Assembly: GCA_963575745.1 (NCBI GenBank)
Contig: CAUYUJ010000153.1
Span: forward strand, 62,001-117,500
Reading direction: 5' to 3'
DNA length: 55,500 nt
Origin: Prorocentrum cordatum
Lineage: Eukaryota
The notes below the pieces were generated by a model, which was not told where the DNA came from, made no database searches, and was given only the letters and a program-made list of their open reading frames with translations. Of this stretch, positions 17,550-30,599 are shown piece by piece. The first letter of the stretch is position 1, and each line of letters starts with the position of its first letter. Position numbers and translations under genes: made by a program.

Positions 17550-18290
17550 TTGGCCAAAGCGGTGCAAAGTCTGGGGGCCCAAACCTGCGCCTCCTTGGTG
17601 CGCTTAATGCAGGTGCCGGGCACGTGGTCCTTGAGCTCGACGCGGCGGCGGTCGCGTGGGCATCGGCGCGCCAGCAACAGGGCGTGCAAGTACAGCCAGG
17701 GGCTGACGAGCCACCAGCTGCCTTTGCGGTAGCGGCTCTCTGGTGCATCGGACGGGGCCTTACCCCAGGCGCACATGTGGATCGGGGCGATCATGGCCCC
17801 GGTCGCCCGCCGCAGCTCTTGCATGGGGGCCTGATCCCAGATCTTGGGATAGCGGCCGGAGGGCCACGAGGACTCGACAAGGAACTCCTTCCCGGCATCG
17901 TGGAGGATGCGGCAGGTGTCGCACGTGAACTGGGTGTGGCTGTTCCCGACGAGCTCGAACTCCTTGGAGCCGTCTCCTGCTGGGCGCTCCCACGTGCGGG
18001 CCCCCTGCGGGGTCCCGCCCGGCTGGGCCATGAGCCCAAGGTCGGCGCATGAGCCACATGGCGTACCCCAGCGCCAGACGTTAGCCACATCCGGGCCCGT
18101 TGGGGTCCGCGCGGCCTCCTGTATGCGCGCGCGAACGGTGCGGTCGAGGGTGTCGCGGTCGGGCCGCGGGCCGGACTCCCGGAGGGGGTCGTCGTAGTAT
18201 TCGATCGGCTCCAGCACCCGGATACCCTCAGCTCGAAGCGCGGCAGACCAGTTCCCCGACCCTGCGTACACTTCTTGGGCGACCAGACCG
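17550..18290 (-). pseudogene. C5-cytosine methyltransferase-like domain within the DIRS-like pol ORF
   Basis: EVYAGSG (motif I-like), WGTPCGS (motif IV PC), FLVESS (motif VI-like), HMCAWG...YRKGS and RTKEAQVWAPRLCTALA in ORF 16901..19315. Confidence 0.7.
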
Positions 18291-21200
18291 TACGCGAACG
18301 CGGGGTCGTGTCGAAGTGGGATCGCGTTGGCCTCCAGGAGGCGGGCCTGGACGTCTGCCGGGTGCTCTCCGAACGAGGCCGGTGCGCGCCCCACTGCGCG
18401 GCCCGCTCGACCTTCCGCTGCCTTGTAGTGGGTGCAGGGCGCGCTCTTGCCAGGGACGGTTGGTTCGACGTCTGGGCCTTCGTCGAGCATCTCGCGCCAG
18501 CCGGCGCTGACGATCTCCCGGGACAGGCTGCCAGCGTGCCCCCAGCGTTGGCCAAGGGCCACCGCCTCCGCGTGGGCGCCGGGGCGCAAGACGCGCATGT
18601 GGCCGCGCCAAATCAGGAGCGGGATAACCCGATCGTCCGCGCCGACACCCGTTCCCATCAGGTGGTCAACGCAGAGTCGCCCACTGCCGTTGACACGGTG
18701 CACCTGGAGCGTGACCGCGTCGAGGTCGGCGACGGGGCATGCTGCCGGGCAGCGGTAGTCCTTGTCGCGGTGCGGGTGCACCGCGTCGTGGACGTAGGAT
18801 CGGACATCGGCTTCCATGGCCGCAATCCACGGTGGCGAGTCGCCCAGGGCGCGCAGCGCTGCATGGGCCTCCTCCCGCATAGCGTGCCGATACTGTGCGG
18901 CCAGCTGCTGCACCGCGTCCGGGCTGGGCTCACTCTCGGCCTCGCCCGCGCGCAGTAGGAGCACCCCGGCGGCCACGTGCGGCAGCAGACATTGCCGCTC
19001 CTCGGTGTCGCCCACCTCCAAGCCCATCGCCCGGGCCATCTCCTCAGCATAGCTGAGGCGGTCCCGGTAGTCGAGGAAGGCCCACTGGACGCGGGTGTCC
19101 CCATCCCAGAAGGTGTAAGACCCGCGGCCCACCAGTCCGTCAGCGCCCCGGGCGACTGGGCCAACCTCGGCCCCGCCCTCGGAGACCTGCCCTGCCGCGC
19201 AGCTGAGGGCCTCGTGCAGGTCGGCCGCCTCGCCGCGGTCCACGGCCTCCTTGAGGGCCCGTTCCACGGTGAGGCGCTCCCCGCGCAGGCGCGCTCCCAT
19301 GACGCGCCCGCGCACGTGGCTCCGCAGGTAATCGCTGGCTCCTTTCAGGGGCGCAAATATGCCTTCAGACTCAAGCTCTCAAGCTCCTGCAAAAGCTTGC
19401 GGCGGAGCTCCGGTCCCTCCCCCGCGGGCTGGGCGCCCCCGCCGCGCGCGGGCAGTCGTGGTCCTCGAGCCATCCGAAGTCGGGCCCCTTGACCGCTTCC
19501 CGGAGGTCGGACTCCATCGCGGTAAGTTGGAGAGCAGCGTAGTCGTCCGTCGCCTGCCCAGGGCACGGGTCGCCCAACGCTCGCGAACCACTGCCTCGGC
19601 CCCGGCCCTTCCCCTTCTGGGGGTCAAGGGCGGCGGGGGGTGAGGCGTCCGAGGCCGACCTTCTCGGCCTCGGCTGCCTCGGCCTGCGAGCGCAGTGGCG
19701 CGATCATCCCATCCACCTGTTTGGGATCGATCCGCGGCGTCCCAAGGAGCCCCCCGCGCCTCGTGAGCTGCATGACCACTGTGTAGTCCAGCCCGCGCGT
19801 CGACTTGATGGGGCCATGGGAGTTAGGGCAGTCGCAAGCCTTGCGAGAGCAGCCCACGCGCGCGGTAGCTAGCCCCCCAACAGATGGGCACGTTATCCTT
19901 ATTGCGGGGCGCGTGCGCCACGGAGCGCGTACACTCCTGGCGTGTCAGCTCCTTACCCGCCGGATACGCCCTCTTGGGCGTCGTCCCTGCTGGGGCCCCG
20001 GTGCCCGCCTTGGGCCCCGCCTTCGGCTGGGGACCAGATCCCGCCTTGGGCCTATCGTCGCCTGGCGCCGAGGGCTGGGCCTCGCCTACCTCATCGCCTC
20101 CTCCCGCCTTCGGCGGCCACTTCGTAAGATGGGCGTTCAGTTGCCCATTGAGGAGGCGAGTGAGCGCAACCTTGCGCCGGGGTACCACTATCTGCTGGTA
20201 GTAGGCGTTCGGGTCCCCGAGGTCGAACGTCCGGGGCAGGTCGTAGCCGCTCTCCGGCATGAGCAGAATGTACTTGATGTCTTCCTTCCTCGGGTTCTCA
20301 GTGTCAAGCTCCCGGCAGGTCCGACGTCTCAGTTCCCGTAGTTCTTCGACCCAGGTGCTCCGGAGCTCCTCCCACAGGTCCTTGACCCAGTGGTCTGGGA
20401 ACTCCGAGGGACCCCTCTCGAAGGCAGCCTCCAGGAAACCCAGTGACCGCCGACCTTCGGCCCCGCGCGCTACTCCCATGATGGACTCGAACATCTGGAT
20501 CTCGCATCGGGCCCTCTTAAACCAGGTCGCCATATGCGTGGCGGGCCGCTGGTGGGGCTCCAGCTTATCGTCTACAGGGGGCCGGTAGCCGTCGAAGTCC
20601 TCGTCGCGTGCTGGGATGCAATCGTCCACGCTCAGGTCGCGCGGGCCCGTCCCAAAGGCGAGCGCCGCGTAGCCATGCGCCACGCGGTTCGTGACCAGGC
20701 AGGGGAACCCGATCGTCTTGGGCGTGCTCTTGGAATGCGCGCACATGCGCTCGAGGGAGTCGAACAGGTCCTTCCCGGCGATCCCATCGCAAGCCTCGAC
20801 CACGAAGGTGTTACACCCCCTGGCTATGTAAAGATCCAGCTCCTCATCCCGACCGATCCCCGCCCGGGCACCCCGGGCCTTCTGGTCGCCCTCGGCGGCC
20901 CGCGCCTTCCGCTCGGCGGCGAGGACGTGGCGTTCAGTAAGGCGATTCTGGCGATCCAGCCGCTCTATGATCTGGGCTTCGGCCTCGGCCGCAAGGCCGC
21001 CCAAGGCCCCGCGCGCCCCAGCGCCGTCGGGGCCACCAGCGCGCTCTCCGCCCATCCCGCCACCGCGGGGCGACTGGCCGGTGAGGTGTCCAAGGGCCGA
21101 AGGCCCGTCGAGAAGCGGATTGGTCCCGCGGGCGGGGCCCCCGCGCCCCTCGCGTGCCAGTGGGTCGCGATCTCCCAGCAGGCCGCGACGCGGGTCCGCG

Positions 21201-24011
21201 GGTCGGGCGGCGGGGGCGGCCCCGAAGTGCTCACGTCGGGGTACCTGCCTCGGGCTGGGGCCCCGCCCCCGCGCCGAGCGGCCCTGCGATCCTTCGCGCG
21301 AGAGGCTGCCCTGCAGGGGGGCCTTGTCACTGGCCGCGGCGCGCTCGCGCGCGCGCGCGCCCAGCTGCGCATCCTCCAGATCCGCGAGGGCGCGCTCCAG
21401 ATCGGGCCCCAAGGGGCCCGCCGCGGCCGCTTGGGCAGCCCTCCTCCGCAGCTTCCGGTCCGCCTGCTCCGAGTGGGACCCGAGTGGGTCCGCGGTCATG
21501 CCCGGCGCGCTGAGTGCCGCCGCTTGCCCCCCTCGCCCCTTGAGGTCCTCCGCCCGTAGGGTGTCCATGAATATCTCGAGGGGATCAGGATCCTCGGCGT
21601 CCTCGTTCGCGCCGGCGGCGGTCGCCGCCGGGCGCGGCGGGGCCGCCGCTGAGGCTGGGCGGGGCAAACCTCCGTGCCGGGCGCGAGCTGTGCCCCATGG
21701 GCGCCGCCCCTTCAGTGACGGCCGAGCGTGCGTCCCGGGGCGTGCTGTAGCGCTGCTGGCGCTCCGCGCTAGTCATGTAGCGCCGCCTCCAGCCGCTCGC
21801 GCTCTCCACGCCCACACCGCCCCACTGCTCCTGGCGTAACATCGCCAGCAAATCCTGCGGGAGATGGTGGGCGGTGACACGCAGCCCCGCCCCCCGCGCG
21901 CCTTGGGGGACCTCGTACAGCAGCCGACTGATCCAGTCAATCGGGCAACGCCCGTCCTCCAGCGGGGGCGAGTGCCGCACGACTTCGCTTGCCGGGACCT
22001 CCGCCCGGACACCCTCAAGGCTGGTCCCGATGATAAGTCGGGCGTCCCCGCCCGTGCCTCGCGCGTCGAGCCCCTCGCATTCACCCGGTAGAATGTACCA
22101 TGGACACGTCGGGGGAGCGCCATATAGGGAGCCCACAAAGGACGTACGCGCCCAGCTATGTACATGAACACGGCCCCTCGATCCGCGAGACCGGCCGCGT
22201 TATACGAAGATTTGCGCAATGCGTACTCTCGAAACCAGCGTGGATTCATGTACATGTACGTCCTTCTTTCGCCCCTGACCATAGGCATCCTCGGCCCCGC
22301 GGGGGTCGCCAGGGAGGATCGGGCAGACCTTCACGAGGATGGGCTCCTGAAGCCACCCGTGATGGGCGATCCGATCGCCCGGGGCTCCACGGTCGGCTGA
22401 CCGTGAGCGATCACTGGCCCTCGCTTCCGCGGATCGTGATCGACGCGGCTGCGGGCCGGAGGCCATGGCCTGGATCCTCGTAGGATCGAGATCGACGGTC
22501 GGGGCCGCAGCGGGAAGTGGCGGCGCGGCGAGCGGAGGATCAGCCGCGCCCTGCGCCACGGTCACCCCCTCGGCGGCGTGCGCAGTCCAATCGCGCGCCT
22601 TGGCAGGGCTTGGTACCCGCGCACTCATGCGGCGGCGCAGGCCTCCGAGGATCCCCGGCTGGACCGTCGCCTCAACACGCACGGTTGGGCCCTCGTCCCG
22701 TCGAAGGTGCCCGCCGCACATCGGAGCTCCTCCGCAGCTGCCCTTCGCCATGCGGAGGCATGCGGGGGGGCTGCGCTTGCGGCCGATGAGGGTGGACCGA
22801 CACTTCTGAGCATGGTGGGCACAGAGATGCACCTGGGCGCTGAGGCAATGCCCCGGCCGAAGGACGTCCGATGCCTCCGCATCCTCTTGCAACAGGACAC
22901 TCGCCTCCTGCATCCCTCGGCACCCGCGCCCCTCCGGCTGAAGGGGGCGTGCTCCGCCTGCCAGCTGCGCCCCAACTTGCGCGGCTTGGCATGGGCGCCC
23001 CTCCGCCTCCACTTCACTCTCCGAGTCTATATCCAGGCGGCGGTAACCCGCAGCGTCGGCGATGTAACGCGGCTCCGGCCGGGCACGGCCCAGCCACCCG
23101 CACGCCGACCACGGCAGGCAGAGCAGCCATTTGAGAAGCCCGAAAACTTTCCGGAGCCCCACGCCGACGGCCCGGCAGGCGGTGGCCTTCCCGTGCTCTG
23201 CTAGGTCCACGATCTGCGTGTGGTCGATGGCCGCGTACTGGTCGACATGCATGGGGTGCGCCACGGGGCAAGATGCGCACTCGACGGCACGGCATAGATG
23301 CACGTTGCCGGTCTCCTCGAGGTTCAACCGCCACTTGCGGCTGGTGCACCCAAGGACCTGCCCGATCTTAATGTTGAGACCGTGGCGATCCAGCGGATAC
23401 CTGTCCGCGAAGTTGCAGCTGGCGCGGGCCACCTGCCCATGCTTACGCAGGAGCACATGGTTGTGCGCTCGATTAGTCCCCCGGCCGCGCACCCCCTTAG
23501 TGTAGAACTCCGTTTCCACCACGCCGTCTAACCCCGGCCCGCGCCAGCGCACCAACATGGGCGCCGGGGGGGGAGGGGGGGGAAGGGTGCCGGGCCCGTC
23601 GCCTCCACGCCGCCGGCAGCATCAGGTAATCTGGCACCAAGCCCAGCGGAGTCCACTAGCCGCCCACAGCATAGGCTGAGCCGCCGTGTTGACGAGAAGG
23701 CCAGGGCACCCAACACAAACGTGCAGATGCCCAGCACGAAGCAGAGGACAGCCGTCTCCCACCAGGAGCTAAGCATCTTAACGCCCAGCCGAACGATGGC
23801 GGATCCAACCCAGCCACCGCTCGTGCGGATCGTGCCCGCGTGGTCGGGTGAGCTCACCCACGCACCGTAGCCCACGAACTCGAAGACCCAGGCGGCGAAG
23901 CCCCAGCCGGGCCCTGGCCCCGTCTCGGGGGACGGGGTGGGGGGCGGAGGTGGTGGCGGCGGCGTCCTTCGCCCAGCCCACCAGTGGGGCAGGTGCGGTA
24001 CCCAACCGCTC

Positions 24012-24848
<837 letters not shown>

Positions 24849-25558
24849 CCTCTCGGCTGGTCAAGCTCGCCGTGTCCCGCCTGGTTCTCTGGTGCGGCTG
24901 GCTGCCCACGCATGCTTTCGGGTCCGGCGCTCTCCTCACGCTCCGGCGCGGCAGGGCTGCCCGTAGGCTCGCCCCCGCGTGCGCGTCCGGAGCCCGCAGG
25001 GGGGGGGCGTCCGTCGTCGTCGACCTCGCCTGCGGTGGCGGGGGGGCGCCTGGCACCCCCAGGGGCTTGGCCGGCGGCCCTCACCCCTTCCCCCCCTCGG
25101 GCGCGGGCTTGGCCGGCGGTCCCCGCCCTTTGCCATGCCACCGCCCGCCGGTAAGGCTTTCGGCCCGGGCAGGGCTGGTGGCGTCGGCGCTGGGACCTCG
25201 CCCCCCGCGCGTCCGAACGGCAGCCAGCTCGACGCCCCCTGGACCGAGAAGGTACCACCCATAACCAGGATCATCAGGTGCGATCCGAGGAAGCCCACAG
25301 CCATGGCACCGCAGCAGCGCCCCCTAGTCCGCAGACTAGCTCGGCTGCGGTCATGGCCGCACCGCGGCCCCCTGGAACGCCCGCGCGTCGGCCTGAGCCG
25401 AACGCTACGGACCAAAATGGCTACCTGAGCCCACACCCCCTCCCACTTAACCTGCAGTCTACAAACCTATCAGACTATACAATCCTCCTCCTCCTCCTCA
25501 TCCTCCGCTTCCTCCCCCCGCTCCTAGCCCTTTCGATCAGGGTCGGCGGCGCCGGCCG

Positions 25559-27073
25559 TCAGGCCTCTCCAATACGTGTTACGTCTGTGAACATATCAAT
25601 GGGCGTCGTAGCTCGTCGGATGGCTTCTGGCAAGCTCGGCCTGTCCCGGTCGTGCGCTTCCAATGTTCTGAACGCGCCAGCGGCCAAATCCTCGCACACA
25701 TAGTACCCGCCTGGTCGGACAGTTGTGACTAGATTGTAAAAGAACATGAAATTCTGGAGAGGACTGTGTCCAGCGTCGTCCACAATGATGTCGAACCCAC
25801 CGCCGCGGTTAACGGGGTCAAGCATGGCGGCAGTCGAACCGACCGTCGAATTCCAGCCGAAATCACGATCCCTCCAGGCCCCTGGGGGCTTGTCGCCATC
25901 CATGCCAAGGTGGTGCATATAAACTCTCTTCTGCAATTGACTGCTTAAGCCTTGCATTATCGAATTACACCGGTCACAATTGAGGTCATTCATGTGAAAT
26001 GTCGCGTTCGCATTAAAAAAATCGGCCCATACCCGCAACGACGCGCCATTGGCAAGCCCAAACTCGGCAAGGCGGAGACCTTCGAACTTGCGTAGCCGCT
26101 CGAACAACAAACCGTACAGTCGCCAGTAGCCATGTATCGCTCCTTTGTCTGCCTCATGCCGAAGGCATATGTCCAGAAATGCTGCACGGCCTTGCCAACA
26201 CCCGTCGCTGCGTTCATCGGTTGGCTGGAGCTGCTTGTGCGACGACACTGCTTCGTCCATCTGCTCATTTGGGACTTGTGGATCAGGAGCTGCTGAGAGA
26301 TGCGGAGGGAGCCACTGCCACAACTTCTGGTCAAACAAGGGGTGCACCTGCCCCTTCCGGGCTGCGATGACGCCCCTCCACACGTGCAGAGACTCGAGAG
26401 GCAGTTCGCAGCTTTCTTCTGGCCGGCAGTGGTCGGACACTGAGCTGGGACGACCGAGCCCGCATCCTGAACTGGGGCGATTGAGCATGTCCACGAGATG
26501 CCTCCACCAATTCGCGCAGGGACCGATGTTCTGAGAACGCGACGCGCAGGACTCGACGTGCTCCGCTATGTATAGGCCCTGGTAACGCAAGACGGGAAAC
26601 AGCTGGTGAACGCGGGATGGAAGAGCATCACCGCCTGCAGAGTCAACGATGAGATCAAACTGGCCGTTGTCCTTCAGCAATTCCACGCTGTTGTCCCATC
26701 TCACGATTTGGTGTGAACCAACATATTGAATCAACGGGGTCAAATGTTCGGAAGGCTCCCCGATGACGAGAACCTGCCTCGGATCAGCTGGCAGAGCGCT
26801 GAAAACTACTCTGGCCGTGCTTCCGCCTCTGACGCCCCTGCTAGCCTGGAGCGCTGGGGCAGCCGCACATCCTCCCAGATCCGAGTCCTGGGAAGAAGTA
26901 TACTGGGACATCCCAGACTCAGACGACGCCGGGGCCGAGGCCGAGGCCGATCCCACAAGTGACGGCCTCTGCAAACTGTAAAAGCGAATACTGAACAGTA
27001 CCATGAAAACGGCAAGAACTACGAATAAACTGCGCAATCTGGCCATACGGTATGGCCGTACCGTCTGGCCCAT
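25559..27073 (-). CDS. Class I SAM-dependent methyltransferase (MycE/Methyltransf_24-like) with an N-terminal signal anchor; a further exon may start at 25424
   Basis: Uninterrupted 504-aa ORF. Hydrophobic LFVVLAVFMVLFSIRF; ADK..HGY, LAEFGLANGASLRVW, FDIIVDDAGH and VRPGGYYVCED motifs; an earlier partial copy FDLIVDSAG...LRYQGLYIAEH. A possible GC-AG intron 25425-25564 gives ...DVTRIGE|VAILVR. Confidence 0.85.
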   Translation of the reverse strand: MGQTVRPYRMARLRSLFVVLAVFMVLFSIRFYSLQRPSLVGSASASAPASSESGMSQYTSSQDSDLGGCAAAPALQASRGVRGGSTARVVFSALPADPRQVLVIGEPSEHLTPLIQYVGSHQIVRWDNSVELLKDNGQFDLIVDSAGGDALPSRVHQLFPVLRYQGLYIAEHVESCASRSQNIGPCANWWRHLVDMLNRPSSGCGLGRPSSVSDHCRPEESCELPLESLHVWRGVIAARKGQVHPLFDQKLWQWLPPHLSAAPDPQVPNEQMDEAVSSHKQLQPTDERSDGCWQGRAAFLDICLRHEADKGAIHGYWRLYGLLFERLRKFEGLRLAEFGLANGASLRVWADFFNANATFHMNDLNCDRCNSIMQGLSSQLQKRVYMHHLGMDGDKPPGAWRDRDFGWNSTVGSTAAMLDPVNRGGGFDIIVDDAGHSPLQNFMFFYNLVTTVRPGGYYVCEDLAAGAFRTLEAHDRDRPSLPEAIRRATTPIDMFTDVTRIGEA

Positions 27074-27158
27074 ACCGTTTGCAAACTCGAGAAGCGAGAA
27101 AGCTTTCTCGCTCGCAGGGGAAAATGCGGGGTCTGTTCGAAAGCCTACAACCTCGCAG

Positions 27159-27179
27159 CCTGAGCCAAAATAGCCACGG
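27159..27179 (-). other. Spliced-leader relic upstream of the methyltransferase gene
   Basis: CCGTGGCTATTTTGGCTCAGG versus CCGTAGCCATTTTGGCTCAAG, 18/21 identical, same strand, 85 nt before the ORF. Confidence 0.8.
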
Positions 27180-27431
27180 GGCCCTTCTGGGGGTGTTTGG
27201 GCCGTCTCGGGGCTTTCTCAGGGCCCTCTTGGAGCTCTCTTAGGGCCCTCTCGCGGCTCTCCTGGGCCGTCGCGGGACCTTCTTGGGCCATCTTGGGGGC
27301 CTCGTAGGCTATCTTGAGGCTGTCTGGGGCCTCCTTTGGGCTTCCTTGGAGCCCTCGACTCGCGCCGCCCCCTGAGCCGTCCGAAGAAGGCGAGAACACA
27401 GAAAACCTTCAACCTACCCCCCCCAAACATG

Positions 27432-28440
27432 ATCGACCCACGAACCCGGAAAGGAATATAGAAATGTAAAGCATGGCAACGTTTCAAAGACACCTGATTG
27501 GGCGACGGGCAAATGCAATGCTGAATGTATCGATCTTGATGTACTGTGCCGAGGGTTGTGCTGTGCTACGCCGTGCTGAACTGCGATGTGCCATGCCGCG
27601 ATTGTGCCCTAATAGCGTTGTGGATCGAGTCCTCCCTGGCATCCGAGTCCTGACCAAACTGATCTGGATCTTAAGCTCAAGCTGCCTGAGCAGATGGTAG
27701 CTGCCCCAGAGCTAATCTACAGAGGGGACATGCCAGGAGGACGCGCCGCGGAACGTCCCAAGGGACGCGCCAGGCGACGTGCCAGGGGACGTGCCATGGG
27801 GACGCACCGCGGGACGTGCCAAGGGGACGCGCTACGGAACGTGCCAATGGACGTGCCGCGCGACGTGCCAGGGGACGCGCCGCGCGACGTCTCAGGTGGA
27901 CTCGCCACGGAACGCGCCAAGGAACGTGCCAAGGTGCAATGTTGAGTGTATCGATCTTGATGTACCGTGCCGACGGCTGCGCTGTGCTGGGCCCTGCTGA
28001 ACTGCGATGTGCCATGCCGCGATTGTGCTCTATATAGCGTTGTGGATCGAGTCCTCTTTGCATTCGAGTCCTGACCGAACTGATCTGGATCTTAGCTCGA
28101 GCTGCCTGAGCAGATGGTAGCTGCCCCAGAACAAATCTACAGAGGGGACATGCCAGGAGGACGCGCCGCGGAACGTCCCAAGGGACGCGCCAGGCGACGT
28201 GCCAGGGGACGTGCCATGGGCACGCACCGCCAGACGTGCCAAGAAGACGCGCTACGGAACGTGCCAACGGACGTGCACCGCGCGACGTGCCAGGGGGACT
28301 CGCCACGGGACGCTCCGCTGAACGTGCCAGGCAACATGCCAGGCTGCAATGCTAAAGGTATCGATATCGATGTACCGTGTCGAGGGCTGTGCTGTGCCTG
28401 GGCGACCTGGGCACGTGATAACACGCGTTTCGCTCAAGAC
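27432..28440. repeat. ~420-bp tandem satellite with internal 12-bp GGACGTGCCA-type subrepeats (copy 1)
   Basis: Units start near 27515, 27935 and 28345 (TGCAATG...TATCGAT...); the block recurs at 29601. Confidence 0.85.
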
Positions 28441-28830
28441 GTTCTCAGCACATCCTCATGCTAGACATCCGCCTGGGCAACCTGGACACGTGCAAACAAG
28501 CGTCTCGATCGAGACTTCCTCGACACATCCTCATGCTAGACATCCGCCTGGGCGACCTGGACACGTGAAAACAAGCCTCTGGATCGAGACATCCTCAATA
28601 AATCCTCATGCTAAACATCTGTCTGGGCAACCTGGAGGCGTGAAACCAAGCGTCTCGCTCGAGACATCCTCAAGACCTGGGCACGTGAAAACGAGCATTT
28701 TACTAGAGAGATCCTCTGAATTCTGGTCCCCAGGAGAGGACACTATATAACACAAAACAAGAGTTTCGCTCGAGACATCCTCAACAATTTCTGAAACAAA
28801 CAAGCGTTTCGCTAGGGGCATCCTCAATTT
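28395..28830. repeat. Degenerate ~72-bp tandem repeat (CCTGGRCACGTGAAAACAAGCGT..CGCTCGAGACATCCTC)
   Basis: Five to six diverged copies are visible. Confidence 0.7.
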
Positions 28831-29600
28831 TAAATTCGCCGGCCCTACGCGACCTCGTTATTTATCGCAAAAGAAATTTGCCGGCCCTACAGCCGTCAGA
28901 TCCGGGGGTTAACAGCTAAAAGAGAACCCTGGGCCTGCGCCCTTTCCGGGAAAAAAACGAGCACGGTCTCCCAGAGCCGTTTTGGAAGGCCCCCGAGCAC
29001 TCTCGGAGCATCTCGGACTTAGTTTGGACCGCTGGAGGCGCCGAATGAGCCGTCTGAAACGTCGGGGGCCCGGCTTGGGACGACTCGAGGCCGCCGCGGA
29101 TCGTCTCGACAGTTGTCCGAGAGCCCTCGGCGTCGATTTTTGGAGAGTCCGGGGGCCCTTGGGTCGCCCCGGGGCCTCCTTAGGGCCTTGCGAGCCGTCT
29201 TGGACGACGTTGAGAGCACACAGGAACGGATTTGCAAAAAACGCACGTTTCCCCCCCAAGGGCGACACGGTGTCGGTCCTCTGCGGGTCCTCTTGGGGGG
29301 GCTTCGGGAGCGATCTTGGGGCGCGTTGCAAGCCTCCGAAGCCGTGTTGAAGCCATCTGAGGCCATCTCGGAGTGTTCATGGGCCATCTCGGGGGCCTCT
29401 CGGGCCCTCTTCGGCGCCTTTGCGGGCCCTGTCCTCTTTGCTCGCAGCAGCCAAGCAAGGGCAACGGCACGCAGGGAGAAACTGATCCAACGTCGCCTGC
29501 ACGCGGGAAGAAGAAATGCCGACGCGGGAACACGAATGGCTTCAAAACGGCTGCCTGCATAAGCAGGCCTCTGCTCAGATAAGGGAGAAGGGCAATATGC

Positions 29601-30470
29601 TCGACCCACGAACCCGGAAAGGAATATAGAAATGTAACGCATGGCAACGTTTTCAAAAACACCTGATTGGGTGACGGGCAAATACAATGCTGAGTGTATC
29701 GATCTTGTACCCTGCCAAGGGCTGTGCTGTGCTGCACGGTGCTGAATTGCGATATGCCACGCCGCGATTGTGCTCTATAGCATCGTGGATCGAGTCCTCC
29801 TTTGCATCCGAGTCCTGGCCGAACTGATCTGGATCTTAAGCTCGAGCTGCCTAAACACATAGTAGCTGCCCCAGGGCTAATTGACAGGGGGACATGCCAG
29901 GAGGACGCGCCGCGAAACATCCCAAATGACGCACCAGGCGACGTGCCACGGGACGTGCCATGGGGTCGCACCTCGGGACGTGCCAAGGGGACGCGCTACG
30001 GAACGTGCCAGTGGACGTGCCACAAAATGTGCCAGGGGACGCGCCACGCGACGTGCCAAGGGGACTCGCCAAGGGACGCCCCACGGAACGTGTCAAGGAA
30101 CGTGCCAAATTGCAATGCTAAGAATATCGATTTTGATGTACCGTGCCGAAGTCTGTGCTGTGCTGCGTCGCGCCGAATTGCAATGTGCCATACCGCGATT
30201 GTGCTCTATAGTGTTGGGGATCGAGTCCTCCTTTGCATCCGAGTCCTGACCGAACTGATCTGGATCTTAAGCTCAAGCTGCCTGAACACATAGTAGCTGC
30301 CCCAGAGCTAGTTGGCAGGGGGACATGACAGGAGGACGCGCCGCGGAACGTCTCAAGGGACGCGCCAAGCGACGTGCCAGGGTACGTGCCATGGGGACGC
30401 ACCGCGGGACGTGCCAAGGGGACGCGCTACGGAACGTGCTGGAGACAAGCGTTTCGCTCGAGACATCCTG
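29601..30470. repeat. ~420-bp tandem satellite (copy 2)
   Basis: Begins TCGACCCACGAACCCGGAAAGGAATATAGAAATGTAA, as at 27432; offset about 2.17 kb. Confidence 0.85.
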
Positions 30471-30599
30471 TCAAAGTCCGCCGACCCCTTGTGGGTCTCT
30501 AGGCGTGTGAGATAGTTCCCCCCCCCATACCCCCCCAGGGACCCCAAACCGGAGATTCGACACCCCCCCGGCCCCGGGGCACCCAGGACCGAACGCGTC

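Larger units (their letters stand above)
16442..24011 (-). mobile_element. Degenerate DIRS/Ngaro-like retrotransposon, 3'-truncated: TM and Cys/His-rich ORF, gag-like region, CCCH finger, DNMT-like domain, N-terminal RT
   Basis: Continuous chain of frameshifted minus-strand ORFs from 23875 to 16459. RT segment PLGRAPKQ...EGRMIH...HPPAVQPRH...CAKRDVSRPFKWL resembles YR-retrotransposon RT. No YxDD, RNase H or tyrosine recombinase is visible. Confidence 0.7.

Noticed and set aside
24905..24950. Hammerhead-like TGAGGA...GAAA on the minus strand
   Set aside because: The core lacks CUGA and stem II does not pair convincingly.
25412..25424. 13-nt SL core match GTAGCCATTTTGG on the minus strand
   Set aside because: More simply explained as codons VAIL at the start of the probable second methyltransferase exon; the flanks do not match the SL.
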